Shown: piece by piece, positions 19,222 to 28,568 of the stretch
Layout of the letters: every line of letters starts with the position of its first letter
Position numbering within the stretch: position 1 is the first letter of the stretch
NCBI GenBank assembly: GCA_041675145.1
Contig: JBAYUK010000002.1
Span: 24,530-88,529, forward strand
Reading direction: 5' to 3'
Source: Patescibacteria group bacterium
GTDB lineage: Bacteria > Patescibacteriota > JACPGU01
DNA length: 64,000 bases
The notes under the pieces: generated by a model
What the model saw: the letters and a program-made list of their open reading frames with translations, nothing else
Told to the model about the DNA's origin: nothing
The model's database searches: none
Program-made: the position numbers and the translations under genes

Positions 19222-19290
19222 GGCATAAGAAGTAAACAGTATTATGCTATACTATACCCAATAGATCAGTATGTAAAAAAGAGGAATACT

Positions 19291-21567
19291 ATGAACAAAA
19301 AACTATCATACATTGCACTCTTTACGCTTGTATCCACCATGTTCTACCCGGGAGTAACCCAAGCAGCTGTTGTAAGAGACTACGATTACCAAATTATTGG
19401 TCAATCCTCATATCCCGCTACCCTTGCTGCTGGCCAGACTACTACCGTGTGGTTAGATATTAAGAATACCGGGAGAAAGACCTGGGACAAGCAGGTGAGA
19501 CTGGGAAGTGGTTCTGCACTTTATGGAAATAAAAACAACGACTATGCCTCAGAGTTTTCAGACAGTAGTTGGCTCTCTCCCAACCGAGCTACCGCAATAG
19601 ATAAAGATAGTGTAAAGCCAGGAGAAACAGCCCGACTGCAGTTTGTGTTGCGCACTCCTAGTTCAAGCGGAACATACAAAGCCTACTTTACTCCAGTTGT
19701 CGATGGTATCTCTTGGATGAAAGATTCAGGGATTTATTGGCAGATCAGTGTAACAGGTGGCACTACCCTTTCTGGTTTTAAAAGAGTCACCTCAGAAGCA
19801 GATTTTAAAAGCTACCTTACTGCAAGCACACAGTCACGAGGGTCGGTCATTGCCCCGACAGCAATACCAACACCATCACCTGCGCCCACTCCTACCACTG
19901 GGTCTACACCTGACAGTGTCACCAGAACTTCTGAAACGAATGTACAAGTACAAGGCATTGACGAACCAGACATGGTGAAGGTTACAGGAGAAAATATTAT
20001 ATACTCTCAAAGAGGCTTCTATTATCCGTACATAACCCGAGGCGGCTTTATACCACAACAACAGACTAGCGGCACCAAGATTATCGATGCAGTACCTGCA
20101 AAAGACATCCAGTTAAAAAACACTATTACTCGAGGTGGGGAACTCCTTCTTGATACCGAGAAGAATATTCTCATGGTATTTGACTACCCCGAGATTATTG
20201 CGTACGACATCACCGACATAAACAACCCAGTACAGAAGTGGAATATTACCCTCAAAGACTCTACCTATATCGATACTGCTCGTTTTACTAACGGTAATCT
20301 GTATGTGGTAACTAAAAGATACATAAATACCAATACCCCGTGCACAATTACACCGCTTGTAGTAAACGGCACAGCTTTCCCTATAAGCTGTACGAACTTC
20401 TACCGACCAATCGCACAAACCTCATCGGATACGGTATATACCGCAATCGTCGTCCAACCAACCACTGGCTCTATATCTAAAAGTACCAGCTTTATAGGTT
20501 CAAGCTCTGACTCACAGGTATATATGTCTGAGAACGCACTATATATCTCCTCATCGTCAGTAGCGCAATACGCAACCTTTTATACCCGTTTTATTTTGGA
20601 TAGAGCACAAGGCTTATTACCAGCAGAGGATATTGCTCACTTGCAAGCGGTACAAGGATACGCGATGAGTGATATAGCCAAGCAGACTGAGTTTGACTAC
20701 ACCATTGAACAATATACCAATAGCCTTACAGACGACGCACAAACTGCCTTTCGCACAGAACTTGCTAACCGTCAAAAAGCCTATGTAGATAGCCAAGTTC
20801 GTCAACTCGAGACAACCAGTATCGCCAAGATTAGCTTGTCAGACTTTTCACTAAGCGCTACTGGTTCAGTACCAGGGTATCTCCTTAACCAGTTCTCGCT
20901 TGATGAGTACCAGGGTAAGCTACGCGTTGCCACTACTATCGGTAATAGATTCTACTGGGGTAGTACTACTGTTAATGATGTATATGTTTTAGGTGAAGCC
21001 ATGAATGAACTGGGTTCAGTCAAAAATCTTGGCACCACTGAAAGAATCTACTCGGCTCGCTTTGTGGGAGATAAGGGGTACCTGGTTACTTTCCGCCAAA
21101 TAGATCCGTTCTATGTACTGGATCTTGCTAACCCTGCTGCACCGAAAGTGAGCGGTGAGCTTAAAATTCCTGGTTACTCGTCGTACCTACATCCTGTAAA
21201 CAACAGCCTAGTGATTGGAGTCGGAAAAGAAAATAACCAAGTAAAAGTATCTCTCTTTGATGTTACTAACCCAGCCACTCCTACTGAAGTAGACAAGTAC
21301 TATCTAAACGAGTACTGGACTGATGTGCAAAACAACCATCATGCATTCTTACTCGATAGCAAACACTCGGTCTTCTTTATCCCAGGCGGTACCGGTGGGT
21401 ATGTAATATCTTATGAAGGAAACAAACTAACACTCAAAAAAGCAGTAAGTGGAACTGGCATTAAGCGAGCAGTATATATCAACGATACCATGTACATCCT
21501 CTCAGATACCAAAGTCACTGCAATCAATGAAACAACATGGGAAAATGAAGGGGAGCTCGGACTGTAA
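19291..21567 (+). CDS. secreted beta-propeller-domain protein (PF09826/COG4880 type) with N-terminal ~110-aa repeat module
   Basis: A GAGGAA ribosome-binding site, then a signal peptide. The 'SETNVQVQGIDEPDMVKVTGENIIYS' and 'FVGDKGYLVTFRQIDPFYVLDLANPAAPKVSGELKIPGYSSYLHP' motifs mark the family. I moved the start from the ORF-track 19099 to Met 19291. Confidence 0.7.
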   Translation: MNKKLSYIALFTLVSTMFYPGVTQAAVVRDYDYQIIGQSSYPATLAAGQTTTVWLDIKNTGRKTWDKQVRLGSGSALYGNKNNDYASEFSDSSWLSPNRATAIDKDSVKPGETARLQFVLRTPSSSGTYKAYFTPVVDGISWMKDSGIYWQISVTGGTTLSGFKRVTSEADFKSYLTASTQSRGSVIAPTAIPTPSPAPTPTTGSTPDSVTRTSETNVQVQGIDEPDMVKVTGENIIYSQRGFYYPYITRGGFIPQQQTSGTKIIDAVPAKDIQLKNTITRGGELLLDTEKNILMVFDYPEIIAYDITDINNPVQKWNITLKDSTYIDTARFTNGNLYVVTKRYINTNTPCTITPLVVNGTAFPISCTNFYRPIAQTSSDTVYTAIVVQPTTGSISKSTSFIGSSSDSQVYMSENALYISSSSVAQYATFYTRFILDRAQGLLPAEDIAHLQAVQGYAMSDIAKQTEFDYTIEQYTNSLTDDAQTAFRTELANRQKAYVDSQVRQLETTSIAKISLSDFSLSATGSVPGYLLNQFSLDEYQGKLRVATTIGNRFYWGSTTVNDVYVLGEAMNELGSVKNLGTTERIYSARFVGDKGYLVTFRQIDPFYVLDLANPAAPKVSGELKIPGYSSYLHPVNNSLVIGVGKENNQVKVSLFDVTNPATPTEVDKYYLNEYWTDVQNNHHAFLLDSKHSVFFIPGGTGGYVISYEGNKLTLKKAVSGTGIKRAVYINDTMYILSDTKVTAINETTWENEGELGL

Positions 21568-21584
21568 AGTTACAAGTTACGGTA

Positions 21585-21625
21585 AAAAAAGACCGCCACT
21601 CCCGTATGGGGTGGCGGTTTACGTT
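21585..21625. terminator. bidirectional terminator
   Basis: accgccac-tcccgtatgggg-gtggcggt followed by a T-rich tail. Confidence 0.6.
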
Positions 21626-21638
21626 TCATATCAAAAGC

Positions 21639-22406
21639 CTAGGAGGGATACGGATTGTTTCTCAAGATCTCAAGAGTCTCTTCATGCACGACTCCATTGG
21701 TGACCAAAATGGTCTCTGACTTAAGACCCCACTCCTGCCCGGAAGCTGTGGTGACTTTCCCGCCTGCTTCAGCAACAATGCAGGCTCCGGCCACCACATC
21801 AATTGGGTTGCTTACCAGCAAGTAGATTTCCGCACTACCCATTGCGATCTGCGCTAACTCATACGCACTAGCGGACAGGATCTGCACTTGGCCGGTTGCG
21901 CTCACCAGCGGAAGACTGGTGTGAAACTCTCCCTTCCAAGAGCCACCTCCGTAGTAGAGGGCCTTGTTTAAAGGAAGGTTGGAGACGCGGATCGGGCGAC
22001 CGTTTGCATATGCGCCTTCTCCTTCCTCAGCCCAGACTGTTAGGTCAAGCTCGGGGAAGTGGAGGACACCTGCTACCGCCTTGTTGTTACGCATCAGGCC
22101 GATGGAGACACCGTAGAACGGAAAGCCTCGAATAAAGCTAGCCGTTCCATCCAGCGGATCCACATACCACACTTCTTCGCTATCGAGGCGAAAGCTGGTT
22201 CCTTCCTCGCTAAAGATTCCATGATAAGGGATGCTCTTATTTATCCCGTTAACAATGAACGCTTCTGAAGCAAAGTCCGCACTGGTGACAACACTGCCAA
22301 CATCATACAGAGTTGCTTTGGAACTCTCCTTAAAGCTCCCGCGATAGGAGAGTAGGATTTCCCCTGCCCCTTTGGCAACGGGAATGATCTTTTCAATGTA
22401 CTTCAT
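21639..22406 (-). CDS. suhB: inositol monophosphatase family protein (SuhB-like)
   Basis: 'WYVDPLDGTASF' and the 'EE...DP...DGT' metal-binding motifs. Confidence 0.8.
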   Translation of the reverse strand: MKYIEKIIPVAKGAGEILLSYRGSFKESSKATLYDVGSVVTSADFASEAFIVNGINKSIPYHGIFSEEGTSFRLDSEEVWYVDPLDGTASFIRGFPFYGVSIGLMRNNKAVAGVLHFPELDLTVWAEEGEGAYANGRPIRVSNLPLNKALYYGGGSWKGEFHTSLPLVSATGQVQILSASAYELAQIAMGSAEIYLLVSNPIDVVAGACIVAEAGGKVTTASGQEWGLKSETILVTNGVVHEETLEILRNNPYPS

Positions 22407-22589
22407 GGCATTTACCTATTACTGCAACCTGCTCGCCTCTATATGCAGTAACCTTTCTTTCTATATTTTAATGAGCGTTTGTATATCATATCACCTTTAA
22501 GCCTAAAAGTACAATAAAAGAGCTACAGTAAGCTCTTTTATTGCATAACGACTGTCTTAAGAAAAGTTTCAAATGACGAATAACACATA

Positions 22590-22632
22590 AAAGAAAGCCC
22601 CTTTCGGGGCCTGCCTCCTCAGGAGGACTTGA
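22590..22632 (-). terminator. tandem-hairpin terminator
   Basis: gcccctttcggggc and cctcctcaggagg hairpins. The reverse complement is followed by a T-rich tail. Confidence 0.5.
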
Positions 22633-22636
22633 AAAG

Positions 22637-22963
22637 TTATTTACCAGCTGATCCAGACGATGCAGCGTTGAAGTGGTAGATAGCAGCTTTGCTTCCAAGT
22701 TGTTTTTTTTGCACATTAGGGTTTGCGCAAATAGCAAGTGCTGTTTTCTTCTCAGGGAACTGTGCAATTCTGTATGATTCGGCAGGGGTTATCTGGTTTT
22801 GATGCCAAACCAGCATCACCATATCAGCGCTACCGTCGTAGGTGTCATCTGGCCCAAGGCTTAAAACCTCTTCAAAACCATGTGTTTTGGTGTCTTTTTT
22901 TGAACTTTTTAACGCTGTTTTTGCTGCGTTAGCCAGCACTGTCCTTTTTCTCCGACCAGCCAT
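22637..22963 (-). CDS. hypothetical small basic protein
   Basis: 108 aa starting at the Met preceded by a GAGAGGAGAGG ribosome-binding site. The ORF track extends it to 23179, which I rejected because that would overlap dinD. Confidence 0.45.
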   Translation of the reverse strand: MAGRRKRTVLANAAKTALKSSKKDTKTHGFEEVLSLGPDDTYDGSADMVMLVWHQNQITPAESYRIAQFPEKKTALAICANPNVQKKQLGSKAAIYHFNAASSGSAGK

Positions 22964-23070
22964 AAGCCTCTCCTCTCTGTAATGTTTTCTTAGGGTCGAT
23001 GTAAAAAGTGTATAATACTTTTGTACATTAGTCAATAGAAAAGACTTAAATAAGCCTTTTCTTATCATGC

Positions 23071-23097
23071 AATGGCCTTCATGAGAGGAGTTTCGAA
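23071..23097 (+). repeat. direct repeat copy A (aatggccttcatgagaggagtttcgaa)
   Basis: 25 of 27 nt are identical to copy B at 24041-24070, with a 3-nt indel. The two copies bracket dinD. Confidence 0.7.
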
Positions 23098-23162
23098 TGG
23101 CAGTCGAGACGTCGTCGTTGGGGTGACAGCCCATCCAGCCAGATGCTATAATAAGCTCAACT

Positions 23163-24005
23163 ATGGACAAAGCCCTCACACAAATACAACAAAATCTTGA
23201 ATCTATTAAGAAAACGTCAAATGACGCCGAGCGGATGGAATTTTGGTCTGCTCGAGACCTGATGCCTATACTAGGATATTCAACATGGCGTCAGTTTTCT
23301 GAAGCTATTGATCGTGCTAAGGAGTCTTGTAAAACAAGTGGTCAACCTGTGGAGGGGCACTTTTTGCCGGCGCCGGCAAAAAGATCCGGTGGTCGTCCAG
23401 GAGAGGACTTCTTATTAACGCGCTATGCATGTTACCTCATCGCTCAAAATGGCGACCCGCGTAAACCCCAAATAGCCCTGGCTCAAACCTATTTTGCTAC
23501 CCAGACCCGTAAACAAGAATTACTTGAGCAACGCGAGGAAGAAAACAATCGGCTCGAAGCCCGGGCAAAGCTCAAGGAAACCGAGAAGAATATCGCCTCC
23601 ACCGTCTACCAGCGAGGCATCAAGCTCCAGGTTGAGTTTGCCACATTCAAAAATAAACACATCGAAGCACTCTACGGTGGCATTCCTGCAAATCAGCTCA
23701 AAAAAATGCGCGATATCCCAGCCAAGCGATCACTGGCCGACTTTGACTCGCAAGTAGAGTTGAAAGCCAAAGACTTCGCACTCGCTATGACGGATCACAA
23801 TATTAAGCAGAAGAATATTAAAGGCAAAGATGCCATGAACGCCGAAGTGGTGAAAAACAGCAAAGAGACCCGCCAAGCACTCCTTAATCGTGGCATTAGA
23901 CCCGAGCTCATCAAGCCAGAAGAAGATCTAAAGCGAGTTGAGGCACGCCGCAAGAGCGAAGAAAGAAAGCTCAGCAATCAAAACAAAAAGTTACTAGAAG
24001 GCTAA
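23163..24005 (+). CDS. dinD: DNA damage-inducible protein D
   Basis: 'EFWSARDLMPILGYSTWRQF', 'LTRYACYLIAQNGDPRKP' and 'AQTYFATQTRKQEL' match E. coli DinD block by block. Confidence 0.85.
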   Translation: MDKALTQIQQNLESIKKTSNDAERMEFWSARDLMPILGYSTWRQFSEAIDRAKESCKTSGQPVEGHFLPAPAKRSGGRPGEDFLLTRYACYLIAQNGDPRKPQIALAQTYFATQTRKQELLEQREEENNRLEARAKLKETEKNIASTVYQRGIKLQVEFATFKNKHIEALYGGIPANQLKKMRDIPAKRSLADFDSQVELKAKDFALAMTDHNIKQKNIKGKDAMNAEVVKNSKETRQALLNRGIRPELIKPEEDLKRVEARRKSEERKLSNQNKKLLEG

Positions 24006-24006
24006 A

Positions 24007-24034
24007 AGAGACGGACCGTGGTTCCGTCTTTTTT
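24007..24034 (+). terminator. rho-independent terminator of dinD
   Basis: agacgga-ccgtggt-tccgtct followed by tttttt. Confidence 0.65.
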
Positions 24035-24040
24035 ATCTGT

Positions 24041-24070
24041 AATGGTGGCCTTCGTGGGAGGAGTTTCGAA
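24041..24070 (+). repeat. direct repeat copy B
   Basis: aatggtggccttcgtgggaggagtttcgaa. See copy A. Confidence 0.7.
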
Positions 24071-24097
24071 AGATAACGGTTCGCCCAGACGAGCCCT

Positions 24098-24499
24098 TTA
24101 CTCAAACTGAATACTGAAATTATACATCCCCATAGCACAAAGGCCTCGTATCGTTGTCCCGGCTGGTTGGGCCGGCACTGCTACCGACGTTTCTCCTGAT
24201 GCAGGCAGATTCTTGGTGTAACCCAGACTAGGGATAGTGAGGGCAGACGAACAGTCAAAGGTACCTTGGGTGGCCACCCTGATCGTTGTGGGCATGCCTG
24301 CCTTTGCCCTGGTCACCTGCGGCCAGTAGCCACCCTTGGCGTTGATAGTAATGATCTGCTCGCCATTAACTACGCTCGTATTACTGATGGCAGGCGATAT
24401 ACTGGTATGATCCCGGCGACCAGCCGACCATAGCACTACCCCACCAACCAAAACGAGGGCGATTACTATTGAAACAGTAGTCAAATATATTGGTTTCAT
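24098..24499 (-). CDS. cupredoxin-like domain protein (membrane-anchored)
   Basis: An N-terminal transmembrane helix, then a beta-rich domain with 'C...C..GMY'. This architecture is typical next to copA. Confidence 0.5.
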   Translation of the reverse strand: MKPIYLTTVSIVIALVLVGGVVLWSAGRRDHTSISPAISNTSVVNGEQIITINAKGGYWPQVTRAKAGMPTTIRVATQGTFDCSSALTIPSLGYTKNLPASGETSVAVPAQPAGTTIRGLCAMGMYNFSIQFE

Positions 24500-24515
24500 C
24501 AGATGGTCGTTACTG

Positions 24516-25535
24516 CTAAAAGCTAAAGAAAGGTGGGATAGTCCCTGCAGCCACTAAAACATTTATTACATTAAAGATTCCAAAGAAGATCACGACCAGC
24601 CCCGCTGTCTTGAAAAACACGCCTGACTGCGCCTTGGTGTGGACGCTAAGTGAACTGAAAGAAAGGAGAGCGAGGACCGGCAGAGTACCGAGCGCAAACG
24701 CCCCCATGATTATTGCTCCAGTCGCGAAACTACCCGTTGTTAGCACGTAGATCTGCATGGACTGCGTAAAGCCACAGGGTAAGAAAAAGGTTGCAATACC
24801 AACGAGGGTGGGAGTTAGGGTGTGGTTTAGATTTTTGAGTCCGTGCACATGCTTCCCAACAAAAGCTGGTAGTGTTGGCTGGAATCTCTTGGCCCACGGG
24901 AATATACCTAGAAGGTTTACACCGAGAACAAGAAGCACAAGTGCAACGAAAATACCCAAGGAGGCTACGATAGTCGGCCCAAGCTGGAATGCTGAACCCA
25001 GCGCGCCAATCGCACCCCCGAGGATAAGAAACGATGCAAGCCGGCCGATATGAAATAATACCTGCGGTCGTATCTTGTCGCCCTCTTTGGCAAAGTTAGC
25101 CGAGAGCGAGAGCACGAGGCCACCGACCACGGCCATACAGGTCGAAACTGAGGCGATCAGGCCAATCACAAAAGCCGTACCGGGCCCGACCTGCGCGGTG
25201 GTGACCAAATTCACTAGGCCCAGCTTTTGCAGAAGAATAAAAACGCCGATAAAACCAATTGCGAGCGGAACAGCCAGCCGAAAGTCCGACCAACGCACCG
25301 CATTCTTCTGCGACTTAAGAGAGAGCGTATAGCCATGCGGTCGCAAGACTTCGCTCAGGTCACGCGCAATCTGCTCAGGAGCTTGGTCGCCAAAATCACC
25401 ACGGACCACAACACGGTGATTCGCGAGCGATGCCTTCGCCGTTGTTATTGCCGGCACACCCATAAGCCCACTCTCGATGAGCGCCACGCAGGAGCGACAA
25501 TGCATACCATGGATGTGAAATGTATACGTCTTCAT
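24516..25535 (-). CDS. HMA-domain fused to DsbD/CcdA- or TauE-like permease
   Basis: N-terminal 'HIHGMHCRSCV' is an HMA metal-binding domain. It is followed by 6-8 transmembrane helices with 'STCMAV' and 'LPCGF' motifs. Confidence 0.6.
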   Translation of the reverse strand: MKTYTFHIHGMHCRSCVALIESGLMGVPAITTAKASLANHRVVVRGDFGDQAPEQIARDLSEVLRPHGYTLSLKSQKNAVRWSDFRLAVPLAIGFIGVFILLQKLGLVNLVTTAQVGPGTAFVIGLIASVSTCMAVVGGLVLSLSANFAKEGDKIRPQVLFHIGRLASFLILGGAIGALGSAFQLGPTIVASLGIFVALVLLVLGVNLLGIFPWAKRFQPTLPAFVGKHVHGLKNLNHTLTPTLVGIATFFLPCGFTQSMQIYVLTTGSFATGAIIMGAFALGTLPVLALLSFSSLSVHTKAQSGVFFKTAGLVVIFFGIFNVINVLVAAGTIPPFFSF

Positions 25536-25539
25536 ATAA

Positions 25540-27855
25540 TTAAAGCTCTTTTACTTTTAGTCGCAGCGAGTTGCCCACGACCGAAACACTGGATAAGGCC
25601 ATCGCTAACCCGGCAAAAACCGGATTGAGCAGCCAGCCGAAGATAGGGTAGAACAAGCCAGCCGCGAGCGGGATTCCCACAATATTATAGAAAAATGCCC
25701 AAAATAAATTTTGCTTAATCCCGCGCATCGTCATTTTCGAAAGTCGAATAGCCTTCACAAGCTTCGTGATGTCCCCGTGAAGCAGAGTAATGCCAGCGGT
25801 TTCGATAGCTACGTCCGTGCCAGTCGCCATTGCGATCCCAACGTCCGCCTGCGCCAGAGCCGGTGCGTCATTGACCCCATCACCAGCCATCACCACGCGC
25901 GTGCCTTTGGCCTGCAACTCTTTAATTAACTTCAATTTATCCTCCGGCAAAACTTGGGCAAACACTTTTGTTATCCCTGCCTGATCCGCAATAAAACGAG
26001 CGGTGTTTTGATCGTCTCCGGTCATCATAATGACGGTCAGTCCCATTTGCTTTAGCCTTTCAACTGACTCCTTTGCTTCCGGCTTGATTTTATCGGCCAC
26101 CATTGCGACCCCCAAAACTTCTTTTTTAGTGGCAAGAATCACTGGAGTTTTACCCTGTTTGGTTTCTAGCTCGATCATTTTCTCGTCGATTTTTAACCCC
26201 AATTCTTTGATCAACCGGACATTGCCCACCCAATATTGAGTTTTCTCGATCACGCCTGTTGCCCCTCGGCCTTTGAGCATCTCATATTTAGCAACCGGCA
26301 GCGGATTAATCTTTTTTTCTTTCGCGTACCGCATCGTTGCCTGAGCCACCGGATGATCAGAATGACTGTCCAGCGATGCGATGAGAGCAATCAAAGCTTT
26401 TTCAGATAATTCAGATAATGAACTAATCGAAACCAATTCCGGTTTTCCTTGAGTAATAGTGCCGGTTTTATCCACCACCACAGCATTCACCCGATAGAGC
26501 TTTTCCAGTGTCGCCGCGTCTTTGATCAAAATCCCTTCCTGGGCTCCGCGTCCCACTCCAACAATAATCGCAGTCGGCGTGGCCAGCCCCAGAGCACACG
26601 GACAAGCGATAATAAGAATACCAACAAAAGAAGTCAGACCATATGAAAATGCCTGGGCAAGCCCGAGAGACCCGGTGCCGACAACCAGCCATAGTAAAAG
26701 AGTGCCCAAAGACAAAACGATCACGATCGGCACAAAAACCGCCGATATTGTATCTGCCAAGGCCTGAATCGGCGCTCGGCTGCCCTGAGCCTCCTCAACC
26801 ATTTTGATAATCTGTGCCAAAAAAGTGTCGGACCCAACCTTTGTCGCAGTAAAAGTAAAGCTCCCCGTCGTATTGATTGTACCCGCTACAACACTATCCC
26901 CAACATTTTTTTCAACTGGCATTGGCTCACCACTCACCATCGCTTCGTCCACAAAAGAGTTGCCTTTACTTACTACTCCGTCCACTGGAATACGAGACCC
27001 TGGTTTAACCACAATAATATCGCCTTTTACTACCTGCTGAATTGGTATTTCAATCTCTTTGTTGCCGCGAAACACTAAAGCTGTTTTTGCCTGTAAGTTG
27101 AGAAGTCTTTCAATAGCGTCACCAGTTTTTAGTTTTGAACTCGCTTCTAGATATTTTCCGAGAGTAATAAAAGCTACCACCACGATCGTAATATCATAAT
27201 AAGTACTATCAACATCCAAATAAGGACGTAGGGTATCCTCAAAAGCTGAGACAGCAAAACTATACAAATAGGCCGCCAGCGTTCCCATACCAATCAAGGT
27301 ATCCATATTAGCTTTGCCGTATCTTAAAAATCTATAGAAGCCAAGCAGGTACGGCTTACCAACTACAAACAGAGTATAGGTGGCAAATATCGGCAATAGA
27401 TGATGAAAAAAATCTTTTATAAAAATACTCATCCCAGCGACCAGCTGTAATTGAGCAAGAATATCCCAACCCATAACAAAAATACTAAAAACCGCCAGTG
27501 GCATTACTGAGATGACTTTAAGCTTCATTTCATTTAGCTCAATTGTTTTTTCCTGTTTAGTTTGGTTTAGACCCAAATGGGCAGCGTGTTCACTAGCTGT
27601 CATGCCCATTGCGCTAGCACTAGACCCAGCCAAGTTTTTCTCTACTGGAAGCTGAAAGGTATAACCCAAAGGCTCAATTGACTTTGAGAGTTGGTGTGGG
27701 CTGTTCTTATTTTCATCAAACACAACCTTTGCTTTTTCGGTACCATAGTTCACCTCTGCCGCGGTTACACCAGCTTGTTTTTTTAGAACACTCTCAATGG
27801 TCCGAGCACATGATGCACAGTGCATACCACGGATTGGATAAGTGTGTTTAGTCAT
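25540..27855 (-). CDS. copA: copper-translocating P1B-type ATPase
   Basis: HMA domain '[12 protein letters not shown]', CPC motif '[11 protein letters not shown]', 'DKTGTIT', 'MTGDDQNTA' and '[10 protein letters not shown]'. The start is set at MTKHT and overlaps the csoR stop by TAAcATG. Confidence 0.9.
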   Translation of the reverse strand: MTKHTYPIRGMHCASCARTIESVLKKQAGVTAAEVNYGTEKAKVVFDENKNSPHQLSKSIEPLGYTFQLPVEKNLAGSSASAMGMTASEHAAHLGLNQTKQEKTIELNEMKLKVISVMPLAVFSIFVMGWDILAQLQLVAGMSIFIKDFFHHLLPIFATYTLFVVGKPYLLGFYRFLRYGKANMDTLIGMGTLAAYLYSFAVSAFEDTLRPYLDVDSTYYDITIVVVAFITLGKYLEASSKLKTGDAIERLLNLQAKTALVFRGNKEIEIPIQQVVKGDIIVVKPGSRIPVDGVVSKGNSFVDEAMVSGEPMPVEKNVGDSVVAGTINTTGSFTFTATKVGSDTFLAQIIKMVEEAQGSRAPIQALADTISAVFVPIVIVLSLGTLLLWLVVGTGSLGLAQAFSYGLTSFVGILIIACPCALGLATPTAIIVGVGRGAQEGILIKDAATLEKLYRVNAVVVDKTGTITQGKPELVSISSLSELSEKALIALIASLDSHSDHPVAQATMRYAKEKKINPLPVAKYEMLKGRGATGVIEKTQYWVGNVRLIKELGLKIDEKMIELETKQGKTPVILATKKEVLGVAMVADKIKPEAKESVERLKQMGLTVIMMTGDDQNTARFIADQAGITKVFAQVLPEDKLKLIKELQAKGTRVVMAGDGVNDAPALAQADVGIAMATGTDVAIETAGITLLHGDITKLVKAIRLSKMTMRGIKQNLFWAFFYNIVGIPLAAGLFYPIFGWLLNPVFAGLAMALSSVSVVGNSLRLKVKEL

Positions 27856-27856
27856 G

Positions 27857-28132
27857 TTATTTTCTTTTGAGCTTATAAACTTTAAGGATTTCTGTTTTGG
27901 CCTTTTCGATTCTACCTGCCTTGAGCTGATCAACGATACAACCACTGAGGTGATTTTCCAGCAACAAATCCTCAACATTGGAAAGTCCCTGCTTCACAGC
28001 CGAGGTCTGTGTAATGACATCGATACAGTATGCATCTTGTACTATCATATCTTGTAGCCCTCGCACCTGCCCCTCAATGATCTTGAGGCGCCGCACTAAT
28101 TTTTTCTTATTTTCCGATTTGATATATTTCAT
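27857..28132 (-). CDS. csoR: CsoR/RcnR-family metal-sensing repressor
   Basis: '[36 protein letters not shown]' is the CsoR signature with Cys/His ligands. Confidence 0.85.
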   Translation of the reverse strand: MKYIKSENKKKLVRRLKIIEGQVRGLQDMIVQDAYCIDVITQTSAVKQGLSNVEDLLLENHLSGCIVDQLKAGRIEKAKTEILKVYKLKRK

Positions 28133-28143
28133 ACATCTAAAAT

Positions 28144-28161
28144 ATACCCCCTAGGGGGTAT
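28144..28161. promoter_or_regulatory. CsoR operator (18-bp perfect palindrome ATACCCCCTAGGGGGTAT)
   Basis: A perfect GC-rich palindrome of the CsoR operator type (TACCC...GGGTA), 12 bp upstream of the csoR start. Confidence 0.7.
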
Positions 28162-28199
28162 GTGTCAATCCAGATCTATGCTTTCAAGTAATAAAAAAT

Positions 28200-28450
28200 T
28201 GGTACCTACTTCCCGGTGGGGATCCTCCTCGCTCCGACTCGGAGCCGGGGCACTCCACACAACTGACGCTGCGCCAGCTCGCGTCAACTCCGTGCCCTTC
28301 GATCCCCACGAAAAAGCCCTTCTTCGCACAAGGCTCCGAAGGGCATTCTTCGCTTTTATATAGAAATGGCTACGCCATTCGTAGCTCCGTAAGGAGCGAA
28401 GAATGGAGCTTGTGGGGATCGAACTTTTGGTCTGCGTGGATGCTGTTTTT
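28200..28450 (+). ncRNA. GC-rich structured element of unknown class (candidate ncRNA / tRNA-att scar)
   Basis: About 60% GC in an AT-rich genome. Contains nested helices, including 9-bp gtggggatc/gatccccac, a GNRA hairpin ctccGTAAggag, and gcccttc/gaagggc. No credible ORF. Two 13-nt matches to the tRNA-Lys 3' end. Ends at a terminator. Confidence 0.35.
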
Positions 28451-28462
28451 AGAGATAACAAA

Positions 28463-28490
28463 AATAGTGGCTAATTAAAGCCACTATTTT
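28463..28490. terminator. bidirectional terminator
   Basis: aatagtggc-taattaaa-gccactatt, flanked by A and T runs on both strands. Confidence 0.65.
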
Positions 28491-28495
28491 CAACA

Positions 28496-28568
28496 TGGAC
28501 CCGGTGGGGATCGAACCCACGACCCACGGCTTAAAAGGCCGCTGCTCTACCAACTGAGCTACAGGTCC
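28496..28568 (-). tRNA. tRNA-Lys (anticodon UUU)
   Basis: Manual cloverleaf: 7-bp acceptor stem, D-arm GCTC/GAGC, anticodon stem GCGGC/GCCGT with loop CTTTTAA, and T-arm GTGGG-TTCGATC-CCCAC. CCA is not encoded. Length is 73 nt. Confidence 0.85.

Noticed and set aside
19099-19290. 5' extension of the beta-propeller ORF
   Set aside because: It would overlap the convergent DUF1905 gene and it precedes the RBS and signal-peptide Met at 19291.
23081-23105. tRNA T-arm-like 'gagtttcgaatgg' inside the dinD-flanking repeat
   Set aside because: The flanking 5-nt segments are not complementary, so it is not a T-stem.
22964-23179. N-terminal 72 codons of ORF 22637..23179
   Set aside because: It would overlap the dinD start. 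A strong RBS precedes the internal Met at 22963.
23060-24100. LexA/Cheo-type SOS box upstream of dinD
   Set aside because: Only CGAA-N8-GTTCG-like spacing variants were seen. There is no CGAAC-N4-GTTCG or CTGT-N8-ACAG match.
27856-27978. 5' extension of copA overlapping csoR
   Set aside because: The HMA domain begins at the MTKHT Met, and the extension is the reverse-frame shadow of csoR.
28217-28305. Long-arm tRNA (Ser/Leu/Sec-like) formed by the 9-bp gtggggatc/gatccccac helix
   Set aside because: No D-arm or T-arm with canonical loops could be drawn on either strand.
28200-28450. tmRNA, RNase P RNA or SRP RNA identity for the GC-rich element
   Set aside because: The conserved cores of RNase P RNA (GGAAAGUCCGG) and of SRP RNA domain IV (GGAAGCAGCCAAGG) are absent. 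There is no tag-peptide ORF ending in Ala-Ala-stop with a tRNA-like 5'/3' pairing in the correct order. The T-arm-like pieces lack complementary 5' stems.
28160-28461. ORFs of 67 aa (+) and 98 aa (-) covering the GC-rich element
   Set aside because: Both translate to low-complexity R/S/A-rich strings with no start context. The region is better explained by RNA secondary structure or a tRNA-att scar.
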